Assembly: GCA_040376425.1 (NCBI GenBank)
Contig: JBEIQS010000002.1
Coordinates: forward strand, 60,173 to 124,172
DNA from: Alphaproteobacteria bacterium
Lineage (GTDB): Bacteria > Myxococcota_A > UBA796 > SXON01
Reading direction: 5' to 3'
Length of the DNA stretch: 64,000 nt
Part shown: piece after piece, positions 9,907 to 19,386 of the stretch
Position numbering within the stretch: the first letter of the stretch is position 1
How the letters are laid out: each line of letters begins with the position of its first letter
Made by a program: the position numbers and the translations under genes
The notes under the pieces: generated by a model
The model's input: the letters and a program-made list of their open reading frames with translations, nothing else
Databases searched by the model: none
Told to the model about the DNA's origin: nothing

Positions 9907-10872
9907 ATGCGGCGTCGTCTTGCCATCCTGCTGGTAGCCACGTTGATCGGGCTGTTGGCGACGGCAGGTTGGGCGGAGTGGTACGCACGGGAAAACCGCC
10001 TGGATCTCCGCGATCAAAAGGCGACTTTGATGGGGAAGGCGCGCGGAGAGGCCACCGCCATCGCCGCGCCGCCCGATTGGGGACTGGCCTACCTTCCCCG
10101 CCGTTTTGCGCTGTTGGAGGGGGGCGGCTTCCGCTCGGCCTGGGGGGAGTGTAAGCCGGATTTTCCGGGCAAGACCATTCTTGCCTTTGGCGACTCGACC
10201 ACCCGCTCGGCCGGGAAGGAGGGAGCGCAACCGCGTACACCAGAGGAAGAAGCACGCTTTACCTGGCCAGCGCGGCTGGATCTGGGCAAAGATGTGCAGG
10301 TCTGTGTGCTGGCAGAGGACGGCTACCAGCCGGTCGATCAGCTCGCGCTGATGCAGAAGGTGCTTCCGGGGCTGAAGGTGGACCTGATCATCGGGCTGCT
10401 GTGCTTCAACGACGGGCACACGATGACCCCGTCGATCTCGGTGGCGGTGCCGGAGGGGGTGGCGCTGTACTCGATGCCCCGGCACTGGGTGGTCTATCCG
10501 CCTCTGTACCAGCCCTGGTTGCTGAAGCAGAGCGAGGCTTTTCGCTATCTGCACCGTCGCCTTGCAGAAAAGACGGGAAAGTCGATCCAGGTGCCGACGC
10601 GGGTTCCGGAAGTGCCGGCTGCGACGACCTTTCGCGCGATCTCCAAGCTGGGTCCGCCCCTGCAACTCTGGTATCTGCCCCATTTGAGCGGCAAAGTGGA
10701 AGAAGACCGGGAGACGCAGAGAGCAGTCGCCGCCGCGGGCCTTCCCCTGAATGTAGTACAGCTTACAGGGACCTTGCGGGAGATCCAGCGGGAGTACCTG
10801 GACCGGGTACACATCTCCGACTTCGCGCATGGGCAGGTGGCGCAGCAGATGCGGGCGAAGGTGCCTTTTTAG
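9907..10872 (+). CDS. Membrane-anchored SGNH/GDSL-like hydrolase
   Basis: N-terminal TM helix LAILLVATLIGLLATAGW. Block I FGDSTT, block III CFNDG and block V DFAH are present. Confidence 0.5.
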   Translation: MRRRLAILLVATLIGLLATAGWAEWYARENRLDLRDQKATLMGKARGEATAIAAPPDWGLAYLPRRFALLEGGGFRSAWGECKPDFPGKTILAFGDSTTRSAGKEGAQPRTPEEEARFTWPARLDLGKDVQVCVLAEDGYQPVDQLALMQKVLPGLKVDLIIGLLCFNDGHTMTPSISVAVPEGVALYSMPRHWVVYPPLYQPWLLKQSEAFRYLHRRLAEKTGKSIQVPTRVPEVPAATTFRAISKLGPPLQLWYLPHLSGKVEEDRETQRAVAAAGLPLNVVQLTGTLREIQREYLDRVHISDFAHGQVAQQMRAKVPF

Positions 10873-10911
10873 GGGGGTGGCGGGTGGGGCTGGATGGGCT
10901 AAGACGGAGGG

Positions 10912-12009
10912 ATGCTGACCCACGTCCACTTCACCGGAATCCAGTCGCTTGCTGATGTCTCCCTGGACCTGAGCCCCTTTACTGTGCTGGTGGGGCCGAA
11001 TGGATGTGGGAAGAGTACGCTGCTGAATGAGATTGTGCGGTTGTGTGCGTTTACGCAGGCGGCGGGCCCCCGGGTGTCGAACATCTACGGCAGTGCGGGT
11101 TTGGTGTTTGAGTCCGACCACCCGGACACCGTAGCAACAACGAACGGTAACTTTCGACAGCAATGGGCCGGAACAAGTGACCGGGGAGCCAAATATCAGC
11201 TTCGCTTGGAACCGATCTCGACGCCCAAACACTGGAGCGACCGGATCGAAGTAAAGGTCACCGGACCTGACGGTACCCAAGCCACTCTGAACAATACCAT
11301 CATAAATTTTCGCGATAACCTTGAAAGCCTATTGTCTGCGCACCTTGGCTGGCGGGCCCAACGCCTCGCTCTCATACCCAGCGCCATCGCCAGCCCCTCT
11401 GAAACCACCCTGACTGAGTTGGCCCCAAGCGGCTACGGTCTCGTCACCATTCTGAAGGACATGGCCGGAGATCACACGCAGGCCTACCTTCAGCTCCAAG
11501 CCGACCTGCAAACGGTCGTGCCGCATTTCCGAAGCCTGACCTTTGGAAAGGGCCAGCGCCGGAGCGCAGACGGGCAGGGGAATACCCCCCTCCACACCCT
11601 CAAGCTGGTCATGTCTCAAGGAGAGCTGCCCGCCCACCGCGTCAGCGACGGCACACTCTTGGCGCTGGCCCTGCTCACCGCAGTCCACAACCCCGGCATG
11701 CCCAACTTGATCCTGATGGATGACATCGATCACGGCCTGCACTTAGGTGCCCAGCTCAAGTTGATGCAGGCGATCCGTACCGCGCAGAAACGACGGCCGG
11801 ACCTTCAAATTCTGTGTACCACCCACTCGCCCTACTTTATGCACGACGTCGCCGTGGAAGAGGTGCGGGTGATGGCCTTGGATAGCAACGGGCATACACA
11901 CGTGCGTCCCCTCGCCGACCATCCGGACGCCGCTGCATTCCGCACCGCGATGACGGCGGGAGAGCTGTGGGCCAACCTGGGAGAAGAGTGGGTGGCGGGC
12001 AATGGCTGA
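10912..12009 (+). CDS. ABC/SMC-type AAA ATPase (AAA_15/AAA_21-like), candidate defence ATPase
   Basis: Walker A GPNGCGKST, signature-like VSDGT, Walker B LILMDDIDHGLH and H-loop CTTHSP are present. SD GGAGGG lies upstream. GC is locally lowered: 25 G+C in the 60 nt from 11281. Confidence 0.8.
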   Translation: MLTHVHFTGIQSLADVSLDLSPFTVLVGPNGCGKSTLLNEIVRLCAFTQAAGPRVSNIYGSAGLVFESDHPDTVATTNGNFRQQWAGTSDRGAKYQLRLEPISTPKHWSDRIEVKVTGPDGTQATLNNTIINFRDNLESLLSAHLGWRAQRLALIPSAIASPSETTLTELAPSGYGLVTILKDMAGDHTQAYLQLQADLQTVVPHFRSLTFGKGQRRSADGQGNTPLHTLKLVMSQGELPAHRVSDGTLLALALLTAVHNPGMPNLILMDDIDHGLHLGAQLKLMQAIRTAQKRRPDLQILCTTHSPYFMHDVAVEEVRVMALDSNGHTHVRPLADHPDAAAFRTAMTAGELWANLGEEWVAGNG

Positions 12010-12769
12010 GCGGGTGCTGATCGCGGGAGAGGATCAACTCCACCGGGCGTTGGGGCTGTGGTTACTGCGGTGGGCGGCGCAAGATGTGGGTAAAGAGCCT
12101 CCGCCCCCGGTAGGCCTACGACCGGACGAGCGCGACTTCTTTATGCACCAAGGAGTACGAGATCTGCTGCGAACCAAGCTGAAATTGCCGCCCGGCAGGC
12201 CGTTGTTTCAGGACTCGGCCGGGCCGCTGCGCGGCCATCCTCACGCACGTCTGGCCGCCGACGTGGTCACCCTTGCAGAAATGACCCTTCTTCCTGGGAG
12301 TCTAATCTTTGTATTAGAGGATACCGATGGAAAGAAGGATCGGGTAGACGCTGCAAAAGCTGCACTGGCTTGGTTCGCGGAAAAGCCGAGGAAATCGAAG
12401 GCGCTGGTGATCGGATGCCCGGAGCAGGATGCGGAGGGCTGGGTCGTGGCGGGTCTGGCGGGCGATCCAGCTCTGAAGGAGCGCCGCAGAAGGGCCAAAA
12501 AGCGGCTCTCCTTCGACCCCTGCTTGGAGCCGGAGCGCCTGACATCGGCGCCAAACGAGGCCTTGCAGGATGCCAAGCGGGTGCTGGCCTTCTTGTTGGG
12601 CGACGAGGACCGGTTGGAAGATGGCACGTCAAAGGCGCCGGATGCGCGGGGGCTGGACGAGCTGCTGGACCGGGCTTTTGCTGATTTTGCTGGGCTCGTG
12701 GCCTCTGCGGCGGCCGAGCGCACGCGGCTGAAGCAGGCCGTGGAAGACTTGCGCGACGGGCTGAGATAG
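12002..12769 (+). CDS. TOPRIM-like (DUF4276/RloB/DUF4435-like) partner protein
   Basis: The ATG overlaps the ATPase stop by 8 nt (ATGGCTGA). The ordered acidic motifs VLIAGEDQ, FVLEDTDG and CPEQDAEGWVV resemble the E / DxD / E-x-W pattern of OLD-type TOPRIM partners. This is a motif-level call only. Confidence 0.5.
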   Translation: MAERVLIAGEDQLHRALGLWLLRWAAQDVGKEPPPPVGLRPDERDFFMHQGVRDLLRTKLKLPPGRPLFQDSAGPLRGHPHARLAADVVTLAEMTLLPGSLIFVLEDTDGKKDRVDAAKAALAWFAEKPRKSKALVIGCPEQDAEGWVVAGLAGDPALKERRRRAKKRLSFDPCLEPERLTSAPNEALQDAKRVLAFLLGDEDRLEDGTSKAPDARGLDELLDRAFADFAGLVASAAAERTRLKQAVEDLRDGLR

Positions 12770-12790
12770 ACCAGCAGCAAAAAAGCGTAA

Positions 12791-12818
12791 TTCTCAGTAT
12801 AGGCGTCTATACTGAGAA
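12791..12818 (-). terminator. AT-rich perfect hairpin between convergent genes
   Basis: ttctcagtata-ggcgtc-tatactgagaa gives an 11-bp stem. On the minus strand it is followed by TTACGCTTTTTT. Confidence 0.5.
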
Positions 12819-12838
12819 AAAGCCCCCCAAATCGCTCC

Positions 12839-13294
12839 TCAAAAGGCCACCCCGACGGTGAAGCGACCATCCAAAAAAGGGCCCGGCGGCCGCTCGACCC
12901 AGAGCCCGCCCCCGGCCAGCACCTGCACATCCAGCGCAAAATGGGGCTTGAACCAATAGCTCAGCTCGGCGGCCAGGTTCAGCTCCAGTCCGTGGCGGCT
13001 GCTATCTCCAGTCCAGTAGGCATTCCGCAGCCAGCGCCAGCCGCCCAGGGCCAGCCCCTCGATCAGCAGCCCTCGCCCCTCTACCCGCCGATCCAACAGC
13101 GGAAGTGCCCCTCCGGCGCGGGCAAACAGGGTCGTGTAGAGGATGCCGTTGGCCGCCCCCACCTCCACCTCCAGCGGCCGAAAGGCGGTCAGCGACACAC
13201 TGCCCCCCATCAGATCCGGCAGCCCAACCCCCAGATGGACCGTGGCAATCCGCGTGCCCGCCGCCGCCATTGCAATCAGGCTCCACATTGGCAC
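12839..13294 (-). CDS. Small outer-membrane beta-barrel-like protein
   Basis: 151 aa. Alternating hydrophobic beta-strand pattern, Gly-rich, with C-terminal ...FTVGVAF ending in Phe. It lies downstream of the ABC exporter operon. Confidence 0.4.
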   Translation of the reverse strand: MPMWSLIAMAAAGTRIATVHLGVGLPDLMGGSVSLTAFRPLEVEVGAANGILYTTLFARAGGALPLLDRRVEGRGLLIEGLALGGWRWLRNAYWTGDSSRHGLELNLAAELSYWFKPHFALDVQVLAGGGLWVERPPGPFLDGRFTVGVAF

Positions 13295-13470
13295 CTTCCC
13301 CGGATCGGGTAGGCCGTTCGGGGGAGGGCGTCAAGGCCCCGAGCACGATGCCCCCCCAAAGCCGCCCGGGCCCCTGGCCCGCGCGGCTGGCGTGGCGCTG
13401 AAAATACAAGCTTATTTCCATCCTTCCTACTGAATGAAGCCTCATTCAGTGGCAGAATCTGCCCCCGGGC

Positions 13471-15528
13471 CTAGGGATGCGCAATCACCACCAGGGCCGG
13501 CGCCCGGCGCACCACCGTCTCCAGGCACAGGGCCATGGTCTCCGGGTCCAGGGCCGCAAAGCTCTCGTCCAGCACCACCACATCCGCCTCCTGCAGGATG
13601 GCCCGGGCCAGCATCACCCGGCTCTGTTCCCCATGCGACAACTTCCAGCCTCCCTCGCCCACCATCTGTAGAATTCCGGCAGGCATCCGCTCCAAAAGCG
13701 GTCCCAGCCCCAGCTCTACGCAGAGCTGGGTGGCCTCGGCCAGGGTTTCCATGGGGGCGGGCCAGGGGCGTCCCATCAGCAGGTTGAAGGCCAGGGTTTC
13801 GGTAACCAGGTGGTTCTCGTGGAACTGCGGCGTCAGCACCACCCGGCTGCGCCACCGACTGCTGCCCAGCGCTGCCCGGTCCAGCCCCCCAAACAGCAGC
13901 AGTCCCGACGTGGGTGCGCGAATACCCGCCAAGATACTGCCTAAAGTTGACTTGCCTGCGCCTGAAGCCCCCTCCAAGAGTATCCGATCCCCCCGCTCCA
14001 CCCGCAGGTTCAGCCCGTTCAGCGTGGGCGCCTGCCCCGGATGGGCAAAAACCAGGTTTCTGGCTTCCAACAAGGCTCCCTCCGGCCGCCCTTCCACCGC
14101 CGGGACCCCCTCTCTCTGCCCCCCCGCCCGCACCAGCTCCAGGATGCTCCGACCCGCCACCCCCGCACCGATCGCCGACTCCAGCCCGCCGACCAGCTTC
14201 AGCAGCGCCCCGTGGGCCAGCAGCACCCCGCCCAGCCCCACCGCCAGCGAGCCGGTGCTCGCCCCCATCAGCAGCCCCGGCAGCAGGGCCGCGAGCCCCA
14301 GAATCCGCCACAGCCCCGGAAACAGGCCATTCAGCAGGATTCCCAGCCGATCCAGCCGCCGCGCCTCGCCCAGGTAGCGGTCCAGCAGCCGATCCTCCTG
14401 CGCATGCCACGCGTCGGGAGGCAACTGCGCAATCCGCGTCCGGTAGCCCACCATATTTTCCAGGATGTCCGCGCTCAGGCTCATCCGCCCATCGGTCCAC
14501 CGCAGCCGCTGCCGCGCGTACAGGGTGCCCAGCAGCCCCGCCACCGCACAGCCCCCCACCAGCGCCAGCATCGCCAGACCGCCCCCCGCACCATTCCAAA
14601 GTACCCAGCTTGCTCCAGCCACCTCTACCACGGCTGCCAGCGAAGCAAAGCCTGCGCCCAGCGCCAGCGCCTCCACCGCCTGCGACTCGTCCACCCGCGC
14701 AATGAGCTGCCCCACCCCCGCCTGACGTATACGCCCCGGCTCCAACTTTAAGGTTCCCAACAGCAATCGCTGCTTCAGCAGCACGCCCGCCCCCAGCGCC
14801 AGGTTCCCCTGCACCCAGCTTATCGCCAGGTTCAGCGGCAGCCCGCACAGCATCAGCAGCACCCAGCCCCAAAACCAGGCCGCATCCACCTGGCCCGCCA
14901 GCAGCCCCGCACCCATCACCCACCAGCCGCCAATCGCCAAAAGCTGGCTCAGCAGCAACAGAATCAACAACTGTGCAAGACGATGACCCAGCCGCTGCTC
15001 GCCAAGCTGCTGGGACAGCCGCTCCGCCGCCGGACGGAGGAGGAAGAAGCGCGGCGGCGTCATCCCTTCCGACAGGTAGTCCGCCGAGAATTGGGCACCC
15101 CCAAGCCGCTGTCCCAGCAGGTGCCGCCGGGCCGACTCCGAGCGGATGCCCGCGCGTGCCAGCACCCGGTCCACCTGGGCCCCCGCGCGCCCCTCCACCG
15201 TCTTCCGCAGCTCCGCACACAAGAGCGCCTTCGGCAGGCGGGGTTGGCTCAAGTCCGGCGCCAAAAGTCCGGGCGATTCGCCCCCCATAAGAATGCCAAG
15301 CCAGCCCTGCGCCGTTGCCACCAAAGCCGGGGCCGAGCTGCTCAAAAAGGCCTCCACATCGGCATAGCCCAGCTCCAGCAATTCGGCGTGGAGCCCCATC
15401 CGGGCGGCGATCCGCTCGATGTCCAAGCCGCTGCTGCTTCCGGGGTCCTCCGGCGCAAAGCCGCTCTGCCGGCCCAGACGCTCCACCAGCTCGCTCAGGC
15501 GCTCCTCCGGCCAATAGGGAAGGGTCAT
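13471..15528 (-). CDS. Bacteriocin-type ABC exporter permease/ATPase without peptidase domain (NHLM ABC2-like)
   Basis: Start trimmed to ATG 15528 (ATGA overlap with the upstream stop). TM region followed by an NBD with GASGAGKSTL, LSHGEQSR and VVVLDESFAALD. Confidence 0.8.
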   Translation of the reverse strand: MTLPYWPEERLSELVERLGRQSGFAPEDPGSSSGLDIERIAARMGLHAELLELGYADVEAFLSSSAPALVATAQGWLGILMGGESPGLLAPDLSQPRLPKALLCAELRKTVEGRAGAQVDRVLARAGIRSESARRHLLGQRLGGAQFSADYLSEGMTPPRFFLLRPAAERLSQQLGEQRLGHRLAQLLILLLLSQLLAIGGWWVMGAGLLAGQVDAAWFWGWVLLMLCGLPLNLAISWVQGNLALGAGVLLKQRLLLGTLKLEPGRIRQAGVGQLIARVDESQAVEALALGAGFASLAAVVEVAGASWVLWNGAGGGLAMLALVGGCAVAGLLGTLYARQRLRWTDGRMSLSADILENMVGYRTRIAQLPPDAWHAQEDRLLDRYLGEARRLDRLGILLNGLFPGLWRILGLAALLPGLLMGASTGSLAVGLGGVLLAHGALLKLVGGLESAIGAGVAGRSILELVRAGGQREGVPAVEGRPEGALLEARNLVFAHPGQAPTLNGLNLRVERGDRILLEGASGAGKSTLGSILAGIRAPTSGLLLFGGLDRAALGSSRWRSRVVLTPQFHENHLVTETLAFNLLMGRPWPAPMETLAEATQLCVELGLGPLLERMPAGILQMVGEGGWKLSHGEQSRVMLARAILQEADVVVLDESFAALDPETMALCLETVVRRAPALVVIAHP

Positions 15529-18230
15529 CGCGCTTCCTCTGCCGGGGCCGATCCCTCCAACAAACCCGCCTTCAGACGCAGCCGCCGCCAGCGCACATCG
15601 CCCCACTGCTCAGATTGCAGCCGCTGCTCCGCCTCCACCAGCTCCCGGTAGCGACTGGGCTCCTGCATCAACTGAGCAGGATCGCCGTCCTCTTTCACCA
15701 CCCCATCTTCAATCACCAGCACTCGGGGGAAGCCCAGCGTCTCCTGCATGTCGTGGGTCACACACAAGAGCGTGGAGCCCGCCCAGAGCTGCCGCGCCGC
15801 GGCCATCAGCCGCTGCCGGTTGGGGCGATCCAGTCCCCGAAAAGGCTCATCCAACAAGGCCAAGCCGGTACCACTCCGCAGCATGGCGCGGCCCAGCCGC
15901 AGCCGCTGCCCCTCTCCCCCCGACAGCCTACAACCGCCCTCGCCCAGCTCGGTCTGCATGCCCTCGGGCAGGCGCTCCAGCACCGGCAGCAACTGCGCCG
16001 CCTCCAGCACCGTCGCCAGACCATCCCCATCGGCGCCATAGCGCAGGTTCTCGATCAGTGTGCGCGACCACAGCCGAATCTCAGGGTCTACCCAGGCAAT
16101 TCGCCGCCGCAGCGGGTACAGTGCCGCCCCGGTCAGCGGCTGCCCATCCACCCGGATCTCGCCGCTCTGCGGCCGCAGCCAGCCCAGAAACAGCCCGAGC
16201 AGGCTGGACTTTCCGGCTCCGGACCGCCCCACGATGGCCACATGCTCGCCCGCCGCCACCTCCAGGTCGATGCCGTGCAGCACCGGGTGCCCCCCCGCCA
16301 CCGCCGTCACCCCCTGCAAGGACAGCGCCGCCGGCACGGAATTTGCTTGTTCCAACTGTTCTGGGGGAAGCTCCCCTTCCACGGGGGTGCCCAGGGGCTC
16401 CAGCAGGCGCAGCACCACATTTCGTAGTCCTGGATACATTCTGGCCTGCATCACGAGGCCCTGCATCAGCATGGGAATCCGTAGTGTCCACCACAAAACC
16501 AGCAGGGCCTCGCCGCCTGCCCCCTCGCGCCACAGGTGCAGCCCCACCAACAGCACCACTCCGCTCAGCGCGGCCAATCCCGAGAAAAACTCGGCGCCCA
16601 CCGAAAAGGCGAGGAGACCCCGCGCCGAGCGCTGCCACTCGGAGAGCAGGGTCTCCTGGGCCTGCCGGATCGTCGTCTCTGCGCCGTGCGCACGGATGGG
16701 AATCACGCCCAACAAGGCATCTAAATAGAAGCCCATCAGCGAGGCCTGCTGGGTTCGCATCCGCAGATCGCGCTCTTCCATGGCCGGCTGCACCAGGAGT
16801 GCCGGCAGCGCAGAGAGCAGCAGCAGCGCACTAAGGACCGGCAAACACCAGGGATCCAGCAGCAGCAGCCCGATGGAGGCGGCGATCAGCCCGCCGGCGA
16901 TCTGCACCAGGCCCCGCGCAAATGCGGGCACTTGCCGCAGCGTGTACAGAGAGTGGCTGCGGCTGGCCAGGTCGGTGATGGTGCGGGAGTGGAAGTAGCG
17001 GTCGCCAAGGCGGGGAATCCGGGAGAGGAAGGCGAGGCGGAGGCGGGTTTCCAGACGCCGCCCCAGCCACAGGCCCCCGGCCGTGCCCGACAGCTCCGCG
17101 ATCAGCAGCACCACCAGAAAAAAGGTGATTCCCAGGCCTGCTTCCAAGCGCGCCACCGGACCACCCAAGAGGCTGCCCACCTCCAAAAAGCTTCGGAACA
17201 GCAGCGCTTCGACCACCGCCCCAACGGCCGCCGCAAAGCCGACGCCCAGCACGGCACCTAAGGGCAGCAGCGCCGCCCAGCCTGGCCACAGCGGCAGCCT
17301 CGTCAGGTCGTCTTCTGGCGGAAAATCATGGGGAGAGGCCAGCAAAGACCAGAGAATTCGGCCCGGACGCGCGGGCGGCGTCGACAGCGCTGCTTGCAGC
17401 TCTACCGGCAGGCTCTCCCGCGCCACGACCTCGGTGGCCCGCCCCTGGAAACAGAGCACCACGGCGCCGACAATTCGGAGTTGCTCGCCCTCCTCCTCGG
17501 AAAAACCCGGCGCGGAGCGGTCCGGTGGTCGCGCCGACCACAGCCCCTCGGGGATCACCTCCATCGGCCGCTCTGCGGCGATGGCGTCCTGTGTAAAAAG
17601 CTCGACCAGACGCCCGGTTTGTGGCCCCCGACGGAGCGCGCCTGCCTCCACCAACTGCCCCACCTGACGCGTGGCCGCATCCAGCGCCGCCAGATCCTGC
17701 CAGCGCCCCGTGGCCAGGATCTCCTCACGAAAGGCAGGGCGAACGTGGAGATCCCGCAGGATAGCCGCGAGTACGCGCTGCGAGTCTTCGTCGGCAAACC
17801 ATGCCAGCCAGTCCGCCGCGGGCACATGCATGACGTGTACATGCAGGCGGGGGCGCAGCGAAGAAATGCGCTCCAAACGCCGACCAGTCCCCGGGTCCAT
17901 CACCTGGAGAAAGCTACCGTAGCGACCCCAGAGCAGCTCAAAATGGGTGAGCCCCAGGCCCGAGCGGGTCACCACCATGCCCGGAAGGCAGCGGGAGAGG
18001 GGGTGGAGGAGGAGGTCGATGGGCATCACCCGCTGCTCGCAGCGCAGTCCGAGCTGGTTGCAGACATCCTCCAGCACGTCGATGGAGGTGCCGTCCACCG
18101 AGGTCTGGCAGGCCTCCCGCAGCCGGCCCAGGTCCACCTCGATATCAAAACCCGCCAGCGCGGCCTTTAATGCCGCCACCCCGCAGTCCATCGACGAGGT
18201 CTGGATCACCTCGGGGACCAGCCGCCTCAC
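15525..18230 (-). CDS. C39-peptidase / permease / ATPase bacteriocin ABC exporter (NHLM ABC1-like)
   Basis: Start trimmed to GTG 18230 (GTGA overlap with the HlyD stop). C39 motifs QTSSMDCGVAALK and LTHFELLWG are present. NBD has GRSGAGKSSL, LSGGEGQRL and LALLDEP. Confidence 0.8.
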   Translation of the reverse strand: MRRLVPEVIQTSSMDCGVAALKAALAGFDIEVDLGRLREACQTSVDGTSIDVLEDVCNQLGLRCEQRVMPIDLLLHPLSRCLPGMVVTRSGLGLTHFELLWGRYGSFLQVMDPGTGRRLERISSLRPRLHVHVMHVPAADWLAWFADEDSQRVLAAILRDLHVRPAFREEILATGRWQDLAALDAATRQVGQLVEAGALRRGPQTGRLVELFTQDAIAAERPMEVIPEGLWSARPPDRSAPGFSEEEGEQLRIVGAVVLCFQGRATEVVARESLPVELQAALSTPPARPGRILWSLLASPHDFPPEDDLTRLPLWPGWAALLPLGAVLGVGFAAAVGAVVEALLFRSFLEVGSLLGGPVARLEAGLGITFFLVVLLIAELSGTAGGLWLGRRLETRLRLAFLSRIPRLGDRYFHSRTITDLASRSHSLYTLRQVPAFARGLVQIAGGLIAASIGLLLLDPWCLPVLSALLLLSALPALLVQPAMEERDLRMRTQQASLMGFYLDALLGVIPIRAHGAETTIRQAQETLLSEWQRSARGLLAFSVGAEFFSGLAALSGVVLLVGLHLWREGAGGEALLVLWWTLRIPMLMQGLVMQARMYPGLRNVVLRLLEPLGTPVEGELPPEQLEQANSVPAALSLQGVTAVAGGHPVLHGIDLEVAAGEHVAIVGRSGAGKSSLLGLFLGWLRPQSGEIRVDGQPLTGAALYPLRRRIAWVDPEIRLWSRTLIENLRYGADGDGLATVLEAAQLLPVLERLPEGMQTELGEGGCRLSGGEGQRLRLGRAMLRSGTGLALLDEPFRGLDRPNRQRLMAAARQLWAGSTLLCVTHDMQETLGFPRVLVIEDGVVKEDGDPAQLMQEPSRYRELVEAEQRLQSEQWGDVRWRRLRLKAGLLEGSAPAEEAR

Positions 18231-19366
18231 GCCCCTCCCCCGATGTGCAGCCCCACCACGTCCAAAACCAAGCCCAGCGGCGTACTTTCCTCCACAGAGA
18301 TCTCCACCCGCCCCGGCAGGCCATGGCCCAAGAGCAGCGGGCTCTCCCCCACCTCCAGCTCCACCCGCAGCCCCTCCGGGCCCGGCTCTTCTGCCACCGA
18401 GCGCACCTGCAGCGGCAGTGCGCCGAAGCGGATCCACGAGAATCCATCCAGGTACATCCTCGCGGACTGCCCCTCCTGCACCCGACCCGCCGCCGCTATC
18501 GGTAGCCAGGCCACCACCTGAAGGTCCGCCGTTGGCACCACCGTGGCCAGCCGCTCGCCCACCCCCACCCGCTGCCCAATGGTAAGCTGGCGTACCAAAC
18601 TCACCCTTCCGTCCACCGGTGCCCGGATGCGGTGGCGCTCCACCTGCTCCTCCCAGGCCGCCACGCGGGTCTCGGCGGTGGAAAAGGCCTCCTGCAAGGA
18701 AGTCAGCTCGTCGGTGAGTCCCCGGCGGCGTGTGTCCCGCGCTGCGGCATTGGCCCGGTGCTGATCCTGAAGCAAGGCCAATTCCTGGCGGGCTGCCGCG
18801 GCCGTGGCGGACAACGAGGCGAAGTCGGCACCCTCCGCCTGCACCTGCGCGGCGGAGATCCCGCCCGAATTCACCAGGCGCAACGCCGACTCATGGACCA
18901 GCTTCGCCTGCTGTGCCGCCACCTCCGCCACCTCCAGCCGGGAGCGTCCCACCCGCTCGGCCTGCGTCTCGGCCTCGGCCTCCGCCGCCAAGCGCGCCTG
19001 CTCCTCGCTCTGCCGGGCCTCCGCACTGCGCAGCCGCTGCTCTGCCGCGTCGCGACGCGCCTGCTCTTCCTCCAGCTTCAACCAGATATCCTGGGCATCC
19101 AGCTCGATCAGGATTTCATCCGCCTGAACCGGTCGGCCCAGCTCGAACAACACCCGCGCCACCTTGCCTTCCAGCGGGCTCTGGACCGGCGCGGCCAGAC
19201 TCTCGACCCGCGCCGTCGTGCTGGCCACACGTACGGTGAGCGGCGCCAGGGTAAACCACAAGGTCCACACAAATCCCAGGGACACGCACACAAAAATCCA
19301 CAGCAGCCAGCCGCGCGGGCTGTCCGCATTCAGGGAGCGCAGGGATCGGGTGAAGGGCAGGGGCAT
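18227..19366 (-). CDS. HlyD-family membrane fusion/secretion protein
   Basis: N-terminal TM helix, a long coiled-coil (EEEQARRDAAEQRLRSAEARQSEEQARLAAEAEAE), then a beta-barrel domain. First gene of the exporter triad. Confidence 0.8.
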   Translation of the reverse strand: MPLPFTRSLRSLNADSPRGWLLWIFVCVSLGFVWTLWFTLAPLTVRVASTTARVESLAAPVQSPLEGKVARVLFELGRPVQADEILIELDAQDIWLKLEEEQARRDAAEQRLRSAEARQSEEQARLAAEAEAETQAERVGRSRLEVAEVAAQQAKLVHESALRLVNSGGISAAQVQAEGADFASLSATAAAARQELALLQDQHRANAAARDTRRRGLTDELTSLQEAFSTAETRVAAWEEQVERHRIRAPVDGRVSLVRQLTIGQRVGVGERLATVVPTADLQVVAWLPIAAAGRVQEGQSARMYLDGFSWIRFGALPLQVRSVAEEPGPEGLRVELEVGESPLLLGHGLPGRVEISVEESTPLGLVLDVVGLHIGGGA

Positions 19367-19386
19367 CGAGCTTCCCCCCTATCAAG

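Noticed and set aside
13442-15514. 690-aa Gly/Ala-rich ORF, plus the other alternative-frame ORFs across the ABC exporter genes (for example 15315..16427, 16058..16834)
   Set aside because: They lie in frames overlapping ORFs that carry clear Walker A/B, ABC-signature and C39 motifs. Their sequences are low-complexity GC-driven translations.
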